Shown one piece after another: positions 47,354 through 56,856 of a stretch of 64,000 bases of DNA. Where the stretch lies: assembly GCA_021797515.1 (NCBI GenBank), contig JAJZZP010000046.1, positions 6,330 through 70,329 of the forward strand, given 5' to 3'. The position numbers and the translations under genes are program-made. This DNA is from Bacillota bacterium. Its GTDB lineage: Bacteria; Bacillota; Sulfobacillia; Sulfobacillales; Sulfobacillaceae. Every line of letters starts with the position of its first letter. Positions within the stretch are counted from its first letter, which is position 1. The notes under the pieces were generated by a model. That model ran no database searches, was not told where the DNA came from, and saw only the letters and a list, made by a program, of their open reading frames with translations.

Positions 47354-47977
47354 TTACCCCCTTAACCGTCGTAGTGCTACAACATCAATCGTCTTAAACT
47401 GACGATGGATGCGGTGACTCATCCAGACCAAAATAGCGGCAGCTACCAACAAATCCACCAGCATCCCAAATTCCATGAAGGTGGGTAAAGCGCCTGCCAC
47501 TGACGCAGCTAGCACCACCAGACCATTTTCAATCCCAACCAGAGCGCCTACCTGAGACATAACATGGCGACGGCTAACAATCATTAACAGACCCAAATGA
47601 ACGCTTGCCAATCCGTAAAAGAACAGGGTGCGATGCAAAATAATGCCGGTTGGTGTCAACAATTCGATGACATGTCCCACAGCCAGGAGCAATCCTGCGG
47701 CAACAGGATAGGCCCAAAACGGCAACGGCTGATCTTGTCGAAATTCTGTAGGCCATCGAGAGATAACACGGAACATGGATCCTGGAATCAATGCGACCTT
47801 GATGGCTAACGTAGCGGCCATGATGGCCACCACGACCAAAGACAACCGCTCTGTAGAACCCACCATAATGGTCAGCGCCATGCCCTCCATAGCCAAAAAC
47901 AATAATCCATAAACCATATTCCGAGACCACAATAGTCCCACTGCCCCGGCAAATACCAAAAATCCGGCGACTGCCAT
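47354..47977 (-). CDS. HyfE-type small membrane subunit
   Basis: The 207-aa hydrophobic product reads ..VGIENGLVVLA..EFGMLVDLL.., typical of HyfE/NuoK-like subunits. Confidence 0.7.
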   Translation of the reverse strand: MAVAGFLVFAGAVGLLWSRNMVYGLLFLAMEGMALTIMVGSTERLSLVVVAIMAATLAIKVALIPGSMFRVISRWPTEFRQDQPLPFWAYPVAAGLLLAVGHVIELLTPTGIILHRTLFFYGLASVHLGLLMIVSRRHVMSQVGALVGIENGLVVLAASVAGALPTFMEFGMLVDLLVAAAILVWMSHRIHRQFKTIDVVALRRLRG

Positions 47978-47978
47978 C

Positions 47979-48878
47979 TTAGTTGAGCCCTCCCGTCATC
48001 ATCAGATAAAAGGCGAGAAGCCCTAAACCCGAGGCCATCGCCAAATACGTAGGTATTTGAAAATATCGTAGCTTGGCAAACCGACTTTCAATGCCGCCCA
48101 CTATCGCCGCGGTAACCATAATTTCGCTGAGGTGAAGCACTGCGGTAATCCATGGAGACTCCAATGACGGGGACAGCCACACCCAACCCAGGCCCAGCAT
48201 TGCCGTATATTTAACCGCTATGGCCGCTTGATTTTCCGCCAATAGTCGCCCGTTATATTCCAGTACCGTAGCCTCATGCATCATCGTCAATTCCAAGTGG
48301 GTATCCACATTGTCAATCGGCAGCCGCCCCAGTTCCGCCAACATCACCAAGCCATAACTGACCGCCGCCATTCCCCATGGCAACAGCGAAAGATGACCCA
48401 CCACCGTGCTAATTGTCGTACACCCGGAGACAGCCCATAGCACGCCAAAAGCAGCAAACAGCGCTGGCTCAATTCCTGCCCCCAAAGTCGTGATCCGACT
48501 AGATCCCAACCCGCCAAAGGTACCCGCGCTGTCTAATCCTGCCAATCCGACCCAAAATCGTTCGAGTGCCAACAAGAAGAACAAGGTCAACAAATCATGG
48601 GGCCACGGCGTAGGTACCCGCCCCGCCCAAGGAATGGTCGCAGCCACCAGTACCATCGCGGCTAGGCTAATGCTGGGCGCGACCCGAAATATCCACGAGC
48701 TGTATTCGGGCACTGTGGTTTCTTTTCCCCAAGTCTTGGCTAATACCCAATATCCCCACCATAAACTCGGCCCGCGCCGACCTTGCAACCGCGCTTTGAC
48801 AATTTGCGTTATTCCTAAAACCAGTGGGGCCATCATGATGACCACCACCACGGAAATCCCCTGTACGCCCCACAACAC
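47979..48878 (-). CDS. NuoH/HycD/HyfC-type membrane subunit
   Basis: The 299-aa product has 8 predicted TM segments and reads ..GRLPIDNVDTHLELTMMHE.., a NuoH-family loop. Confidence 0.8.
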   Translation of the reverse strand: MLWGVQGISVVVVIMMAPLVLGITQIVKARLQGRRGPSLWWGYWVLAKTWGKETTVPEYSSWIFRVAPSISLAAMVLVAATIPWAGRVPTPWPHDLLTLFFLLALERFWVGLAGLDSAGTFGGLGSSRITTLGAGIEPALFAAFGVLWAVSGCTTISTVVGHLSLLPWGMAAVSYGLVMLAELGRLPIDNVDTHLELTMMHEATVLEYNGRLLAENQAAIAVKYTAMLGLGWVWLSPSLESPWITAVLHLSEIMVTAAIVGGIESRFAKLRYFQIPTYLAMASGLGLLAFYLMMTGGLN

Positions 48879-48902
48879 CGCTCTATGCCCCCCAGATGTT
48901 TC

Positions 48903-50789
48903 CTAATGTAAGACCAGCAACATCATGCCAACCGCCACCAGCAAATAGGTCAGATACAGACGCACCGGGCCTGCTTGAATGCGCGCAGTGGATTTTGACA
49001 GCCACCATGCCATTTGATACCCAGGACGATACAGATATCGCTCCCAGGTCGGGGTGGTACCCCCTTTATAGACAAGTCGTTCTGGGAAGTCCCGTGAATT
49101 TTCGCCAATACGGGTTAACTGACGATGGGGTCGATAAATCACCGCAAACGTGGTGCGAATGGCCTTGGTCATTGATGAGGAGGAAAACTGCATGGCCGTT
49201 GTGGCATCGCCACCACAAGCCCAACGCGGGACCTCTCGCACTTGCGATGGACGCGCCAACAGCACCAAGGCCACTACGGCGATTCCGAGAAGCACCGCGA
49301 CCAGTGTAGTTTTCAAAGGAAGCAATAGGGCGACCGCATGATAAGAAGCGGCTGGATCAATACTTCCCATGACACGCACCACGGGGTCGGGAAACACTCC
49401 AAGCGCCAACGATATCAAGGCCAGACCCAATATCGGAGCCGTGATACTGCGTCCTAAAGGAATTTGGGCCACAGGTCGCCTTGGCTGGCCCAAGAAGGTC
49501 ACTCCTGAGGCTTTAACAAAGCACATGCCAGCCAAGGCACTGGTGGTCGCTAGCACCAAAGCTAACCCCATGGCTGACGCCGCCCATAACCCACGGAACC
49601 CCGTTGCCAGGGATAGCAAACCGCGGAAGGTTAGCCACTCGCTTACAAAACCATTAAATGGCGGCAACGCGCTAATGGCCATGGAACCCAAGAGAAATCC
49701 CAAAGCCACTCCCGGTATCGTGCGAATCAGACCTCCCAGGTGTTCAGCGTCGAGAGTCCCGGTATGTTGTTCCACGGCTCCAGCCGCCAAAAACAACTGA
49801 CTTTTATAGAGGGCGTGGTTCAGAGTATGAAACAAAGCCGCCACCAACCCCACAACGGCTAGTTGAGGATGATGCAAATCAATACCCACGCCCATTACTC
49901 CAAGGCCTAAGAAAATGATGCCAACATTCTCAATGCTGTGGTAAGCCAGCAAGCGTTTCAAATCGTGTTCCATTAACGCGTAAAGAACGCCTAAAAGGCT
50001 TGAGACCGCACCCAACACCAGCAACACGATGGGCCACACTAAAGCAGTGGCTCCCAGATCCATCAATAGAAATTGCACAATGCCAAAAACACCAAGTTTA
50101 ATCATGGCACCGGACATCAGGCTCGACACCGGAGCCGGGGCTACTGGATGCGCCCGAGGTAACCAGACATGAAAGGGAATAATTCCGCTTTTGATGGCAA
50201 ATCCTAATGTCAACAGAGCAAACACTCCACTCTTAGTTCCCCAAGGCAGGAAGCGGGCTCTGGCCGTCCACAAGGAAAAATCCATGGAGTGAAGCGAGGC
50301 CGCCATAAGCAACAACCCTGCTAAAATGGCCGTCGCGCTTATTTGCGACATCACCAAGTAGATATAGCCTGCCTTGATGACGCCGGGCTCTTCATGATGG
50401 GAGACGACTAACAGGAACGATGTGGCCGCCATTATTTCCCATGCGGTCATAAACACCCATACTGTTTGCGACAAGATGACCGCGGCCATCGCAAGAACAA
50501 ACCACGGCAGCCAAAATCCCGTGAAGACTTGGTTATGCTGCTGGTATCCCACCCGATACCAGGCAGCCATGGTACTAACGATGCCTACCACTAGCAGAAA
50601 CCACGCGCGAAGTGGCGTCATTTGAAAATATGGCGACCACAAATGAATGGACTGAAAATCCCAGAGCGCTACAATGGCCAGAGCGAGTAACCCTAGACTT
50701 AAACCCAGCATCAGATATTGTGAGAAGACTCGATGAGATGCGGCCAAAGAAGCCCCCAGGCCGATCGTGACAATTCCATAAGTCAGCAT
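48903..50789 (-). CDS. NuoL/HyfB-type antiporter-like membrane subunit
   Basis: The 628-aa polytopic product reads ..HVWLPRAHPVAPAPVSSLMSG... Confidence 0.8.
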   Translation of the reverse strand: MLTYGIVTIGLGASLAASHRVFSQYLMLGLSLGLLALAIVALWDFQSIHLWSPYFQMTPLRAWFLLVVGIVSTMAAWYRVGYQQHNQVFTGFWLPWFVLAMAAVILSQTVWVFMTAWEIMAATSFLLVVSHHEEPGVIKAGYIYLVMSQISATAILAGLLLMAASLHSMDFSLWTARARFLPWGTKSGVFALLTLGFAIKSGIIPFHVWLPRAHPVAPAPVSSLMSGAMIKLGVFGIVQFLLMDLGATALVWPIVLLVLGAVSSLLGVLYALMEHDLKRLLAYHSIENVGIIFLGLGVMGVGIDLHHPQLAVVGLVAALFHTLNHALYKSQLFLAAGAVEQHTGTLDAEHLGGLIRTIPGVALGFLLGSMAISALPPFNGFVSEWLTFRGLLSLATGFRGLWAASAMGLALVLATTSALAGMCFVKASGVTFLGQPRRPVAQIPLGRSITAPILGLALISLALGVFPDPVVRVMGSIDPAASYHAVALLLPLKTTLVAVLLGIAVVALVLLARPSQVREVPRWACGGDATTAMQFSSSSMTKAIRTTFAVIYRPHRQLTRIGENSRDFPERLVYKGGTTPTWERYLYRPGYQMAWWLSKSTARIQAGPVRLYLTYLLVAVGMMLLVLH

Positions 50790-50817
50790 GATTAACCGTC
50801 CTTACCAAAATTTCGAT

Positions 50818-51144
50818 TTAGTCCCCGGTGCCGTCTTGGTCAAGGACCATCTTCATGGACTCCACGCGATTCTCAAAAATTTTCCGGGCAATATCCAACA
50901 ATTCAAAGACCAGGACGTCTCTTACCGTGTAAAAGACATTGGTGCCCAGTTTGCGGGCCTCTACCAGTTGATGGCTCCGCATCACTGCCAATTGCTGAGA
51001 CACCGACGACGCTTCGATGGTTAAATCCTGCTGCAGTTCAGTTACGGTTTTTTCGCCGCTTCGCAGCAATTCCAAAATTCGCAGCCGCACAGGATGTCCT
51101 AATGTTTTAAACAAATCCGCCTTAAATTCATGCATCGCTGTCAT
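50818..51144 (-). CDS. ArsR/SmtB-family HTH regulator, first gene of the hydrogenase-like operon
   Basis: The sequence ..LFKTLGHPVRLRILELL..GEKTVTELQ.. is present. AGGAGA lies upstream. The stop is 29 nt before the hyfB-like start. Confidence 0.85.
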   Translation of the reverse strand: MTAMHEFKADLFKTLGHPVRLRILELLRSGEKTVTELQQDLTIEASSVSQQLAVMRSHQLVEARKLGTNVFYTVRDVLVFELLDIARKIFENRVESMKMVLDQDGTGD

Positions 51145-51207
51145 CGATGTCTCCTTTAAAAGTCTTCATCCAGATTTTCGACGCACCATACGAACCATTA
51201 TAATCTG

Positions 51208-51247
51208 CAAATCTTCAAATCTTTGTATGTGCGAATTATAAGATTTG
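51208..51247. repeat. CAAATCTT repeats (two direct, one inverted) in the arsR/SBP divergent promoter region
   Basis: The copies are caaatctt (51208-15), caaatctt (51216-23) and aagatttg (51240-47). Confidence 0.3.
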
Positions 51248-51398
51248 TTGGCTCGAAATGAGTACCGTTAATGTTCTGCCGCAAATTTAAGTAACTGTTA
51301 AACAAATTAATAAAGCACGCAGGATTATTAAATCGGGTGACGAATCTTTCCTTATCCATCACGAGTTCATGTACGAACTCCCGAGGGAAAGGAGACAA

Positions 51399-53123
51399 AT
51401 GATGAAAAACTTAGCAGCAGTAGGAGCGTTAACCATCCTCTCTCTAGCCATCGCCGGATGTGGTTCATCAACAAACACGACAGCCACCACCGCCACTCCA
51501 CAGTCTGGAGGCGCCGTAGTCATTGCTTTACCCGAACAAACTTCTCCCAATTGGTTTTTTCCTGAGCTATCATTAACCGCGGACACTACGGTTAATTCCG
51601 AGATCGACGACATGTCCTATGAACCTTTGGTGTACTTTAACACCAAAGATCAATTCGATCCTCAGCATTGTTTGGCGTCATCGGTGAAATGGAACTCCAA
51701 AGGCACCGTGTACACCATCCAGCTCAACCGGAAATGGCACTGGTCCAACGGCGCCCCGGTCACCGCTCAAGATGTGGTCTTTACTTATCAACTCATGAGT
51801 GCCGGCAGCCAAAGCAATGTCAGCTATGCTTGGGCATACGCGGGAGCGGGTTCAGGCGGCATGCCGACATTGTGGAAAAGCGTGGTCGCTACTGGCCGCT
51901 ACACGGTGCAAATTACCTTGAACCAGCCGAGCAGTCAGGAATGGTTTGTCCGCAACGGGATCGGACAAATTTATCCTGTCCCCAAATCGGTATGGAATAA
52001 GTATCCTCACAGCATGTCCCAAGAATTTCAATTCATCCAAAATGTATCTAACAGCCCCAACAATGCCGTGTATAAGGTGGTAGACGGTCCATATCAGTTT
52101 CAAGCGATGTCGCCCAACAACTACTGGACCTTTGTACCCAACCCCAAATATGATGGACACAAATCCTACGTTAAAAAGGTGATGTTCCAATATGAAACAT
52201 CAGCAACAGCCGAGTTCACCGCGCTCAAACAAGGCACCGTCAATTACGGATATGTGCCAGGGAACCTATTAGGCGTCCACAGCGAACTCACCAATGACGT
52301 GTTGACCCCACTGTATTCTCTCGGCTTTAATTATATTCAACTGAACATGAGTCCTAAAGCTCCCAATGGGATTGGAAAAGCGTTTGATGAACTGCCAGTA
52401 CGCCAAGCACTACAACTCGGGGTAAACCAACCCGGCATCATCAATGCGGTTTACCATGGCTATGGCGTGGTAGATGATACCACTTTAGCCCCCAAGCCAA
52501 AGAACATCTTTGTCGATCCGGCGTTGGCTAAGGATCCCTATGCCTATAATCCCGCTCGCGGCAAGAAAATTTTAGAAGCCAACGGCTGGCATGAGGTGAA
52601 TGGAGTGATGACCAAACATGGCATTAAACTAGAATTTACCATGTTTGCAGCATCAGGTAGCACCAGTTACGATCACATTGACCAAATTCTTCAAGAAGGC
52701 TGGGCACAAGAAGGCATCATTTGCCACATTCAGTACCAGCAGTTCAACACGGTGGTCAGTTATAGCCCGAGTGACGCATCACAGTGGGCGGTATTGAATT
52801 GGAACGGCGGTTGGGGTTACTCTTCAGGGTATCCCTCAGGCGGTGTTCTTTTTAAGACCGGAGCTGCTGAAAACTCTGGCAGTTACTCGAGCAACACCAT
52901 GAACACCCTGATTAACAACACCTACAGCCCGGGAACCCCTAACCAGGCCATCCAACGGATGTACAACTACGAGGAATATGCGGCAAAACAATTGCCGGCA
53001 GCTATTTTCTTGCCGGAATTTCCCAATCTCGTCGTGCATGCCAAGAATTTGCACGGAACATTGACCGACTACAACCCCATTGGCGGTGTCATATTCCCCA
53101 GCCACTGGTGGATTTCCAAGTAA
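51399..53123 (+). CDS. ABC-transporter substrate-binding lipoprotein, family 5 (peptide/nickel type)
   Basis: The signal peptide and lipobox read MMKNLAAVGALTILSLAIAGCGS. The SBP_bac_5-like body is full length. GGAGA lies upstream. No permease or ATPase genes are adjacent. Confidence 0.85.
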   Translation: MMKNLAAVGALTILSLAIAGCGSSTNTTATTATPQSGGAVVIALPEQTSPNWFFPELSLTADTTVNSEIDDMSYEPLVYFNTKDQFDPQHCLASSVKWNSKGTVYTIQLNRKWHWSNGAPVTAQDVVFTYQLMSAGSQSNVSYAWAYAGAGSGGMPTLWKSVVATGRYTVQITLNQPSSQEWFVRNGIGQIYPVPKSVWNKYPHSMSQEFQFIQNVSNSPNNAVYKVVDGPYQFQAMSPNNYWTFVPNPKYDGHKSYVKKVMFQYETSATAEFTALKQGTVNYGYVPGNLLGVHSELTNDVLTPLYSLGFNYIQLNMSPKAPNGIGKAFDELPVRQALQLGVNQPGIINAVYHGYGVVDDTTLAPKPKNIFVDPALAKDPYAYNPARGKKILEANGWHEVNGVMTKHGIKLEFTMFAASGSTSYDHIDQILQEGWAQEGIICHIQYQQFNTVVSYSPSDASQWAVLNWNGGWGYSSGYPSGGVLFKTGAAENSGSYSSNTMNTLINNTYSPGTPNQAIQRMYNYEEYAAKQLPAAIFLPEFPNLVVHAKNLHGTLTDYNPIGGVIFPSHWWISK

Positions 53124-53128
53124 CCCGG

Positions 53129-53163
53129 ACAAGGAGGGAGGGAGGTCCCCCCTCCTTGTTTAA
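53129..53163. terminator. Bidirectional intrinsic terminator between the convergent SBP and S9 peptidase genes
   Basis: A 10-bp stem (ACAAGGAGGG...CCCTCCTTGT) is followed by TTTAAT. Confidence 0.6.
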
Positions 53164-53243
53164 TGAGCGCGCTGAAACGACGTCTAGACGCAATTGATCT
53201 TATCCACGAGGCATCTTTAACCTTAGGTGCTCCCGTTTCTGTA

Positions 53244-55388
53244 CTATTCCACCGGAATTCCCCCGTATTGGGCAAACCAACGATCGATGCGGGCTAGACG
53301 ATCTATGGCGCGCCGTGGCCGCGAATCGGACTCATGATGCTCTTTTGGATAAATCACCAGTTCCGTCGGCACCCCGCGCTTCTTTAACGAGACATACAAC
53401 TGCTCGGCTTGACTTAAAGGGCATCGCCAATCCCATTCCCCGGCAGTAATAAGCAGCGGCGTATGGATATTAGCCAGCCCGCTGGCGGGTGATGTTTGGT
53501 AATATCGCTCCAGGTTTTGCCAGGGTACCCCCATGTCGTCTTGCCACCACAAATGGCAATCGTCAGTGCCAAAAGCAGACACGTAATCAAATACGCCATG
53601 CTCGGTCACCGCCGCCCGAAAACGATCGGTGTGCCCAACGGCCCAGTTGGTCATGATGCCACCCATGGAAAAACCTGTAATAAAGAGTCGATCCGGGTCC
53701 ACCCATCCTTGAGCGATAACATAATCCACACCACCCATCACATCGTCATGTTCCCGTGGCCCCCAGGAGCCTTGGATCGACTGGCAAAACGCTTCTCCAT
53801 AAGAAGTGGAACCACGATAATTGACCAATAACACCAAATACCCACGACCCGCCCAGTATTGCGTTTCAAATTCAAATTCTGGCGCCTCATAAGACATCGG
53901 TCCCCCATGAATTGACACCAATAGTGGGAGACGCGACGTTCCTGGCTTGAAACCCGGAGGAGTTAACATGAGGGCTTCAATAGTCTCTCCCTCGTGATTG
54001 GCATATTGAATCCATTGGAACGTGCCGAGCTGCCTGTTAGAAAGCCACTCTGCGGAACCGCGTGAGAGACGCGGGCCCAGTGTCTCATTATCCAGTCGAA
54101 AGGCTTCGGGACCGGTGTCGGGGAACCCCATTAACAGCACAATTTCAGAGGATTGGGCATCAAAATCATAGACCGTCCCGGTGCGATCCGGGGGTTGCAA
54201 CACATGCCACTTGCCATTGCTATCAAAGGACACCAATTTAGCTTGCCCTAGCATCGACGCCACCGTCAATATCTGATCGCTTTCGGTCCAAATCACTGGT
54301 CCATCAATGGTCCCCGTGAAATCTTTGGAAACCATCTCCATCGGAGATCGCTTGAAAGGCTTGGGGTATACCTGGGCATTGGCTACCGGGTCTCCAACAA
54401 AAACATCTGGCACCACCCCGCCGATTTGTGACCATCCTTGGCCAATATTCGCTGGGAATTCACTAATGGGCGACGCATCCGCAAGCGCAATTTTCCAAAG
54501 TCTCGTGAGAACATACTGATTTTCCGGGGTGGTTGAGGAGGTAAACGCCACCCAGCGTCCATCAGGAGAAAACGCCGGATGCTGTGCGTCGACATCCCCC
54601 TGGGTCAAACGGTGTGCGGTACTGCCATCGGGTGTGATGAGCCAGAGATCCACTCTTCGGTTATTGTCAACATCTCCCGTTCGATTGGACTGAAATAAGA
54701 TCCAGCTTCCGTCGGGCGACCACTGGGGATTGAGCTCACTTGCTTCACCGTGTGTAATTTGTTGAACTGACCGTGACTTCACGTCCACCACAAACAAATG
54801 GCTGTTCACATCGTCCAAGTAGCCCTCACCATCATATTTATGCTGAACCCGGTCCAATACCCATGGCCCTGGACTTTTTTTATCCCGTATCGATTTTAAA
54901 TAATTGACCTGTTGCGGTGACGGATCCCGTCCCGCAAACACCAAACGTGTACCATCAGGAGCCCAACTGAAAGATTGAGCTCCTTCCGGACGATGGGTAA
55001 TTTGGCGTGGTTCCCCGCCCCACAGCATGTCGTAAACCCAAATTTGGTCTACGGGTTCTTCAGGGTCTTTCCCGTCTTTAGTCGGTGCCTTTAGTTCCAA
55101 TTCAGCCCCCCGTTTGGACAAGATAGCAAGGTAACGTCCGTCGGGCGACCAACGGATATGGTGGTCGTGGACCATTTGGCGGCTAATCTGATAGGGTTCG
55201 GCACTACCATCGGTTAACGTCATCCATAGATTAGAAGAGTAATCATTGTCCTCTTTAATTGCCTGTGACTGTATATAGGCCAATCTCTGGCCGTCTGGAG
55301 ACAAGCGCACTTCTTTAACAGGCGTTAGCAAATAAAAGTCGTCAAGCATCAACGTGCGCGGAGACACCGTCACCATCAAATCCCTCAT
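53244..55388 (-). CDS. S9-family serine peptidase (acylaminoacyl/prolyl oligopeptidase type) with an N-terminal beta-propeller
   Basis: PDG repeats of the TolB/WD40-like type are followed by a C-terminal alpha/beta hydrolase domain with the nucleophile motif GFSMGG. Confidence 0.85.
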   Translation of the reverse strand: MRDLMVTVSPRTLMLDDFYLLTPVKEVRLSPDGQRLAYIQSQAIKEDNDYSSNLWMTLTDGSAEPYQISRQMVHDHHIRWSPDGRYLAILSKRGAELELKAPTKDGKDPEEPVDQIWVYDMLWGGEPRQITHRPEGAQSFSWAPDGTRLVFAGRDPSPQQVNYLKSIRDKKSPGPWVLDRVQHKYDGEGYLDDVNSHLFVVDVKSRSVQQITHGEASELNPQWSPDGSWILFQSNRTGDVDNNRRVDLWLITPDGSTAHRLTQGDVDAQHPAFSPDGRWVAFTSSTTPENQYVLTRLWKIALADASPISEFPANIGQGWSQIGGVVPDVFVGDPVANAQVYPKPFKRSPMEMVSKDFTGTIDGPVIWTESDQILTVASMLGQAKLVSFDSNGKWHVLQPPDRTGTVYDFDAQSSEIVLLMGFPDTGPEAFRLDNETLGPRLSRGSAEWLSNRQLGTFQWIQYANHEGETIEALMLTPPGFKPGTSRLPLLVSIHGGPMSYEAPEFEFETQYWAGRGYLVLLVNYRGSTSYGEAFCQSIQGSWGPREHDDVMGGVDYVIAQGWVDPDRLFITGFSMGGIMTNWAVGHTDRFRAAVTEHGVFDYVSAFGTDDCHLWWQDDMGVPWQNLERYYQTSPASGLANIHTPLLITAGEWDWRCPLSQAEQLYVSLKKRGVPTELVIYPKEHHESDSRPRRAIDRLARIDRWFAQYGGIPVE

Positions 55389-55433
55389 TTCCCATGCCTT
55401 GCTAGTGTTAAACCATCGCGGGGAAACCCAAGC

Positions 55434-56612
55434 TTATAGCGTATTGGTGCCAGTTTGGCGCCCTTGGGGGACACGATGCCCAATTAAGACTGCAGCGGTT
55501 AACCCCAACCCTCCCATTAAAAACCATAAGCCAAGTTTTCCCCAACCAGACAGGATGAGCCCTCCCAAGATCGGCCCAATTACCATGCCCAGCGCATTGA
55601 AAAAGCTGCCAGCGCCTTGATATCGAGCCCCAAATCCTTTCGGAGCCTGTTCGGCATACTCTCCCGGGGGCAATGGTTCGTAAACTAATTCTCCCATGGT
55701 GACCACGAAAAACGCCACCACAATCATGGTCACTTCTGCCGAAATCCCCAAAACAACCATGGCCATTGCATATAATATAGCGCCCAGTCCCATCCAAAAG
55801 CGGCGGCTTCGATGTTGCAGCAACCAGGACACTGGCCATTGCAAAATAGCAATCAACGCTCCGTTCATAGCCCATAAAAGGCCATACCAACGTAACACTG
55901 ACAAAGTGTGTCCCATTTCCATCGGAAAAGTTGAGGCCAACTGGCTATAGATCACGCCTATTAGTGTGCCCCCTAAAGCTAACGACCAAAATCCGGACTG
56001 CTGCCATGGCGGCAAGTATAGCCACTGATGCCAAACTTTTCCCGAAAATAACCGCACCTTGGGGCCCATTCTCCGATCCAGACCACTCGGCACGGCCATC
56101 GCCAATACCAAACTACTAGCCAAAAGACAACTGCCATCAATCCAAAAAATTAGGGAAAAATGATTAAGCGCTAAAGGCAGGCCCACCAGAGGACCTATGA
56201 TAATTCCCGCATTATAGGCCAATATCAGCAAGCTAAGAGCCTGCGTTCGGCGCTTAGAAGTGCCGTTCATCGTCATCGCATGAAGCATAGCAGGATAAGC
56301 AACACCAGTCATGGTCAATGCCAATCCATAAGCAATAACCCACACCCAAGCCCGATCAGCTATAGGAGCCATGATAATAGATAACCCCGATACAGCATAA
56401 GCCATCACTGCAACGGATTTGGGACCGAATCGATCTGTCAAATATCCGGCTGGCAACTGACCTAATACATACCCAATTCCCGCAATGCCCATGAAAATTC
56501 CGGCAGTTGCCATAGGCAAATGAAGATTTCGGGTAAGATAAAAAGCGACGAAAGGATATAAAAACCCATCGCCGAGAGCGTACAAGAATTGGCCTATCGC
56601 TAGACCCCACAT
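55434..56612 (-). CDS. MFS transporter
   Basis: The 392-aa product has about 12 TM segments and reads ..GYLTDRFGPK.. (MFS motif A-like). Confidence 0.8.
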   Translation of the reverse strand: MWGLAIGQFLYALGDGFLYPFVAFYLTRNLHLPMATAGIFMGIAGIGYVLGQLPAGYLTDRFGPKSVAVMAYAVSGLSIIMAPIADRAWVWVIAYGLALTMTGVAYPAMLHAMTMNGTSKRRTQALSLLILAYNAGIIIGPLVGLPLALNHFSLIFWIDGSCLLASSLVLAMAVPSGLDRRMGPKVRLFSGKVWHQWLYLPPWQQSGFWSLALGGTLIGVIYSQLASTFPMEMGHTLSVLRWYGLLWAMNGALIAILQWPVSWLLQHRSRRFWMGLGAILYAMAMVVLGISAEVTMIVVAFFVVTMGELVYEPLPPGEYAEQAPKGFGARYQGAGSFFNALGMVIGPILGGLILSGWGKLGLWFLMGGLGLTAAVLIGHRVPQGRQTGTNTL

Positions 56613-56856
56613 GATATCACTACTCCAAACCTATCACCATCCTCATCGAGGATTGCTTTTGGTACCGACTCTTATTGCAGTGGGTACATTACAAGCGTAG
56701 ACCTTTGGGGTGATGTCCCGCAATCAAGGAAAATCCTGAATTTTCATCGGGGAACCCAACGGTTAGGCGCCATTGCAGAGGCCATGAAACCGCCCCCAAA
56801 ATAGCGCCCGATTTATTGCATTTACTTCATTTTGGAAGGTACTTTGCCAAAACCGA

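Noticed and set aside
44101-50789. Annotating the hyf-like cluster as a bona fide formate hydrogenlyase / hydrogenase-4.
   Set aside because: No FdhF, HycB/HyfA, HycF/HyfH, HycI or hyp genes are present, and the L1 Ni-Fe motif lacks its second cysteine. The neutral label 'hydrogenase-like' was kept.
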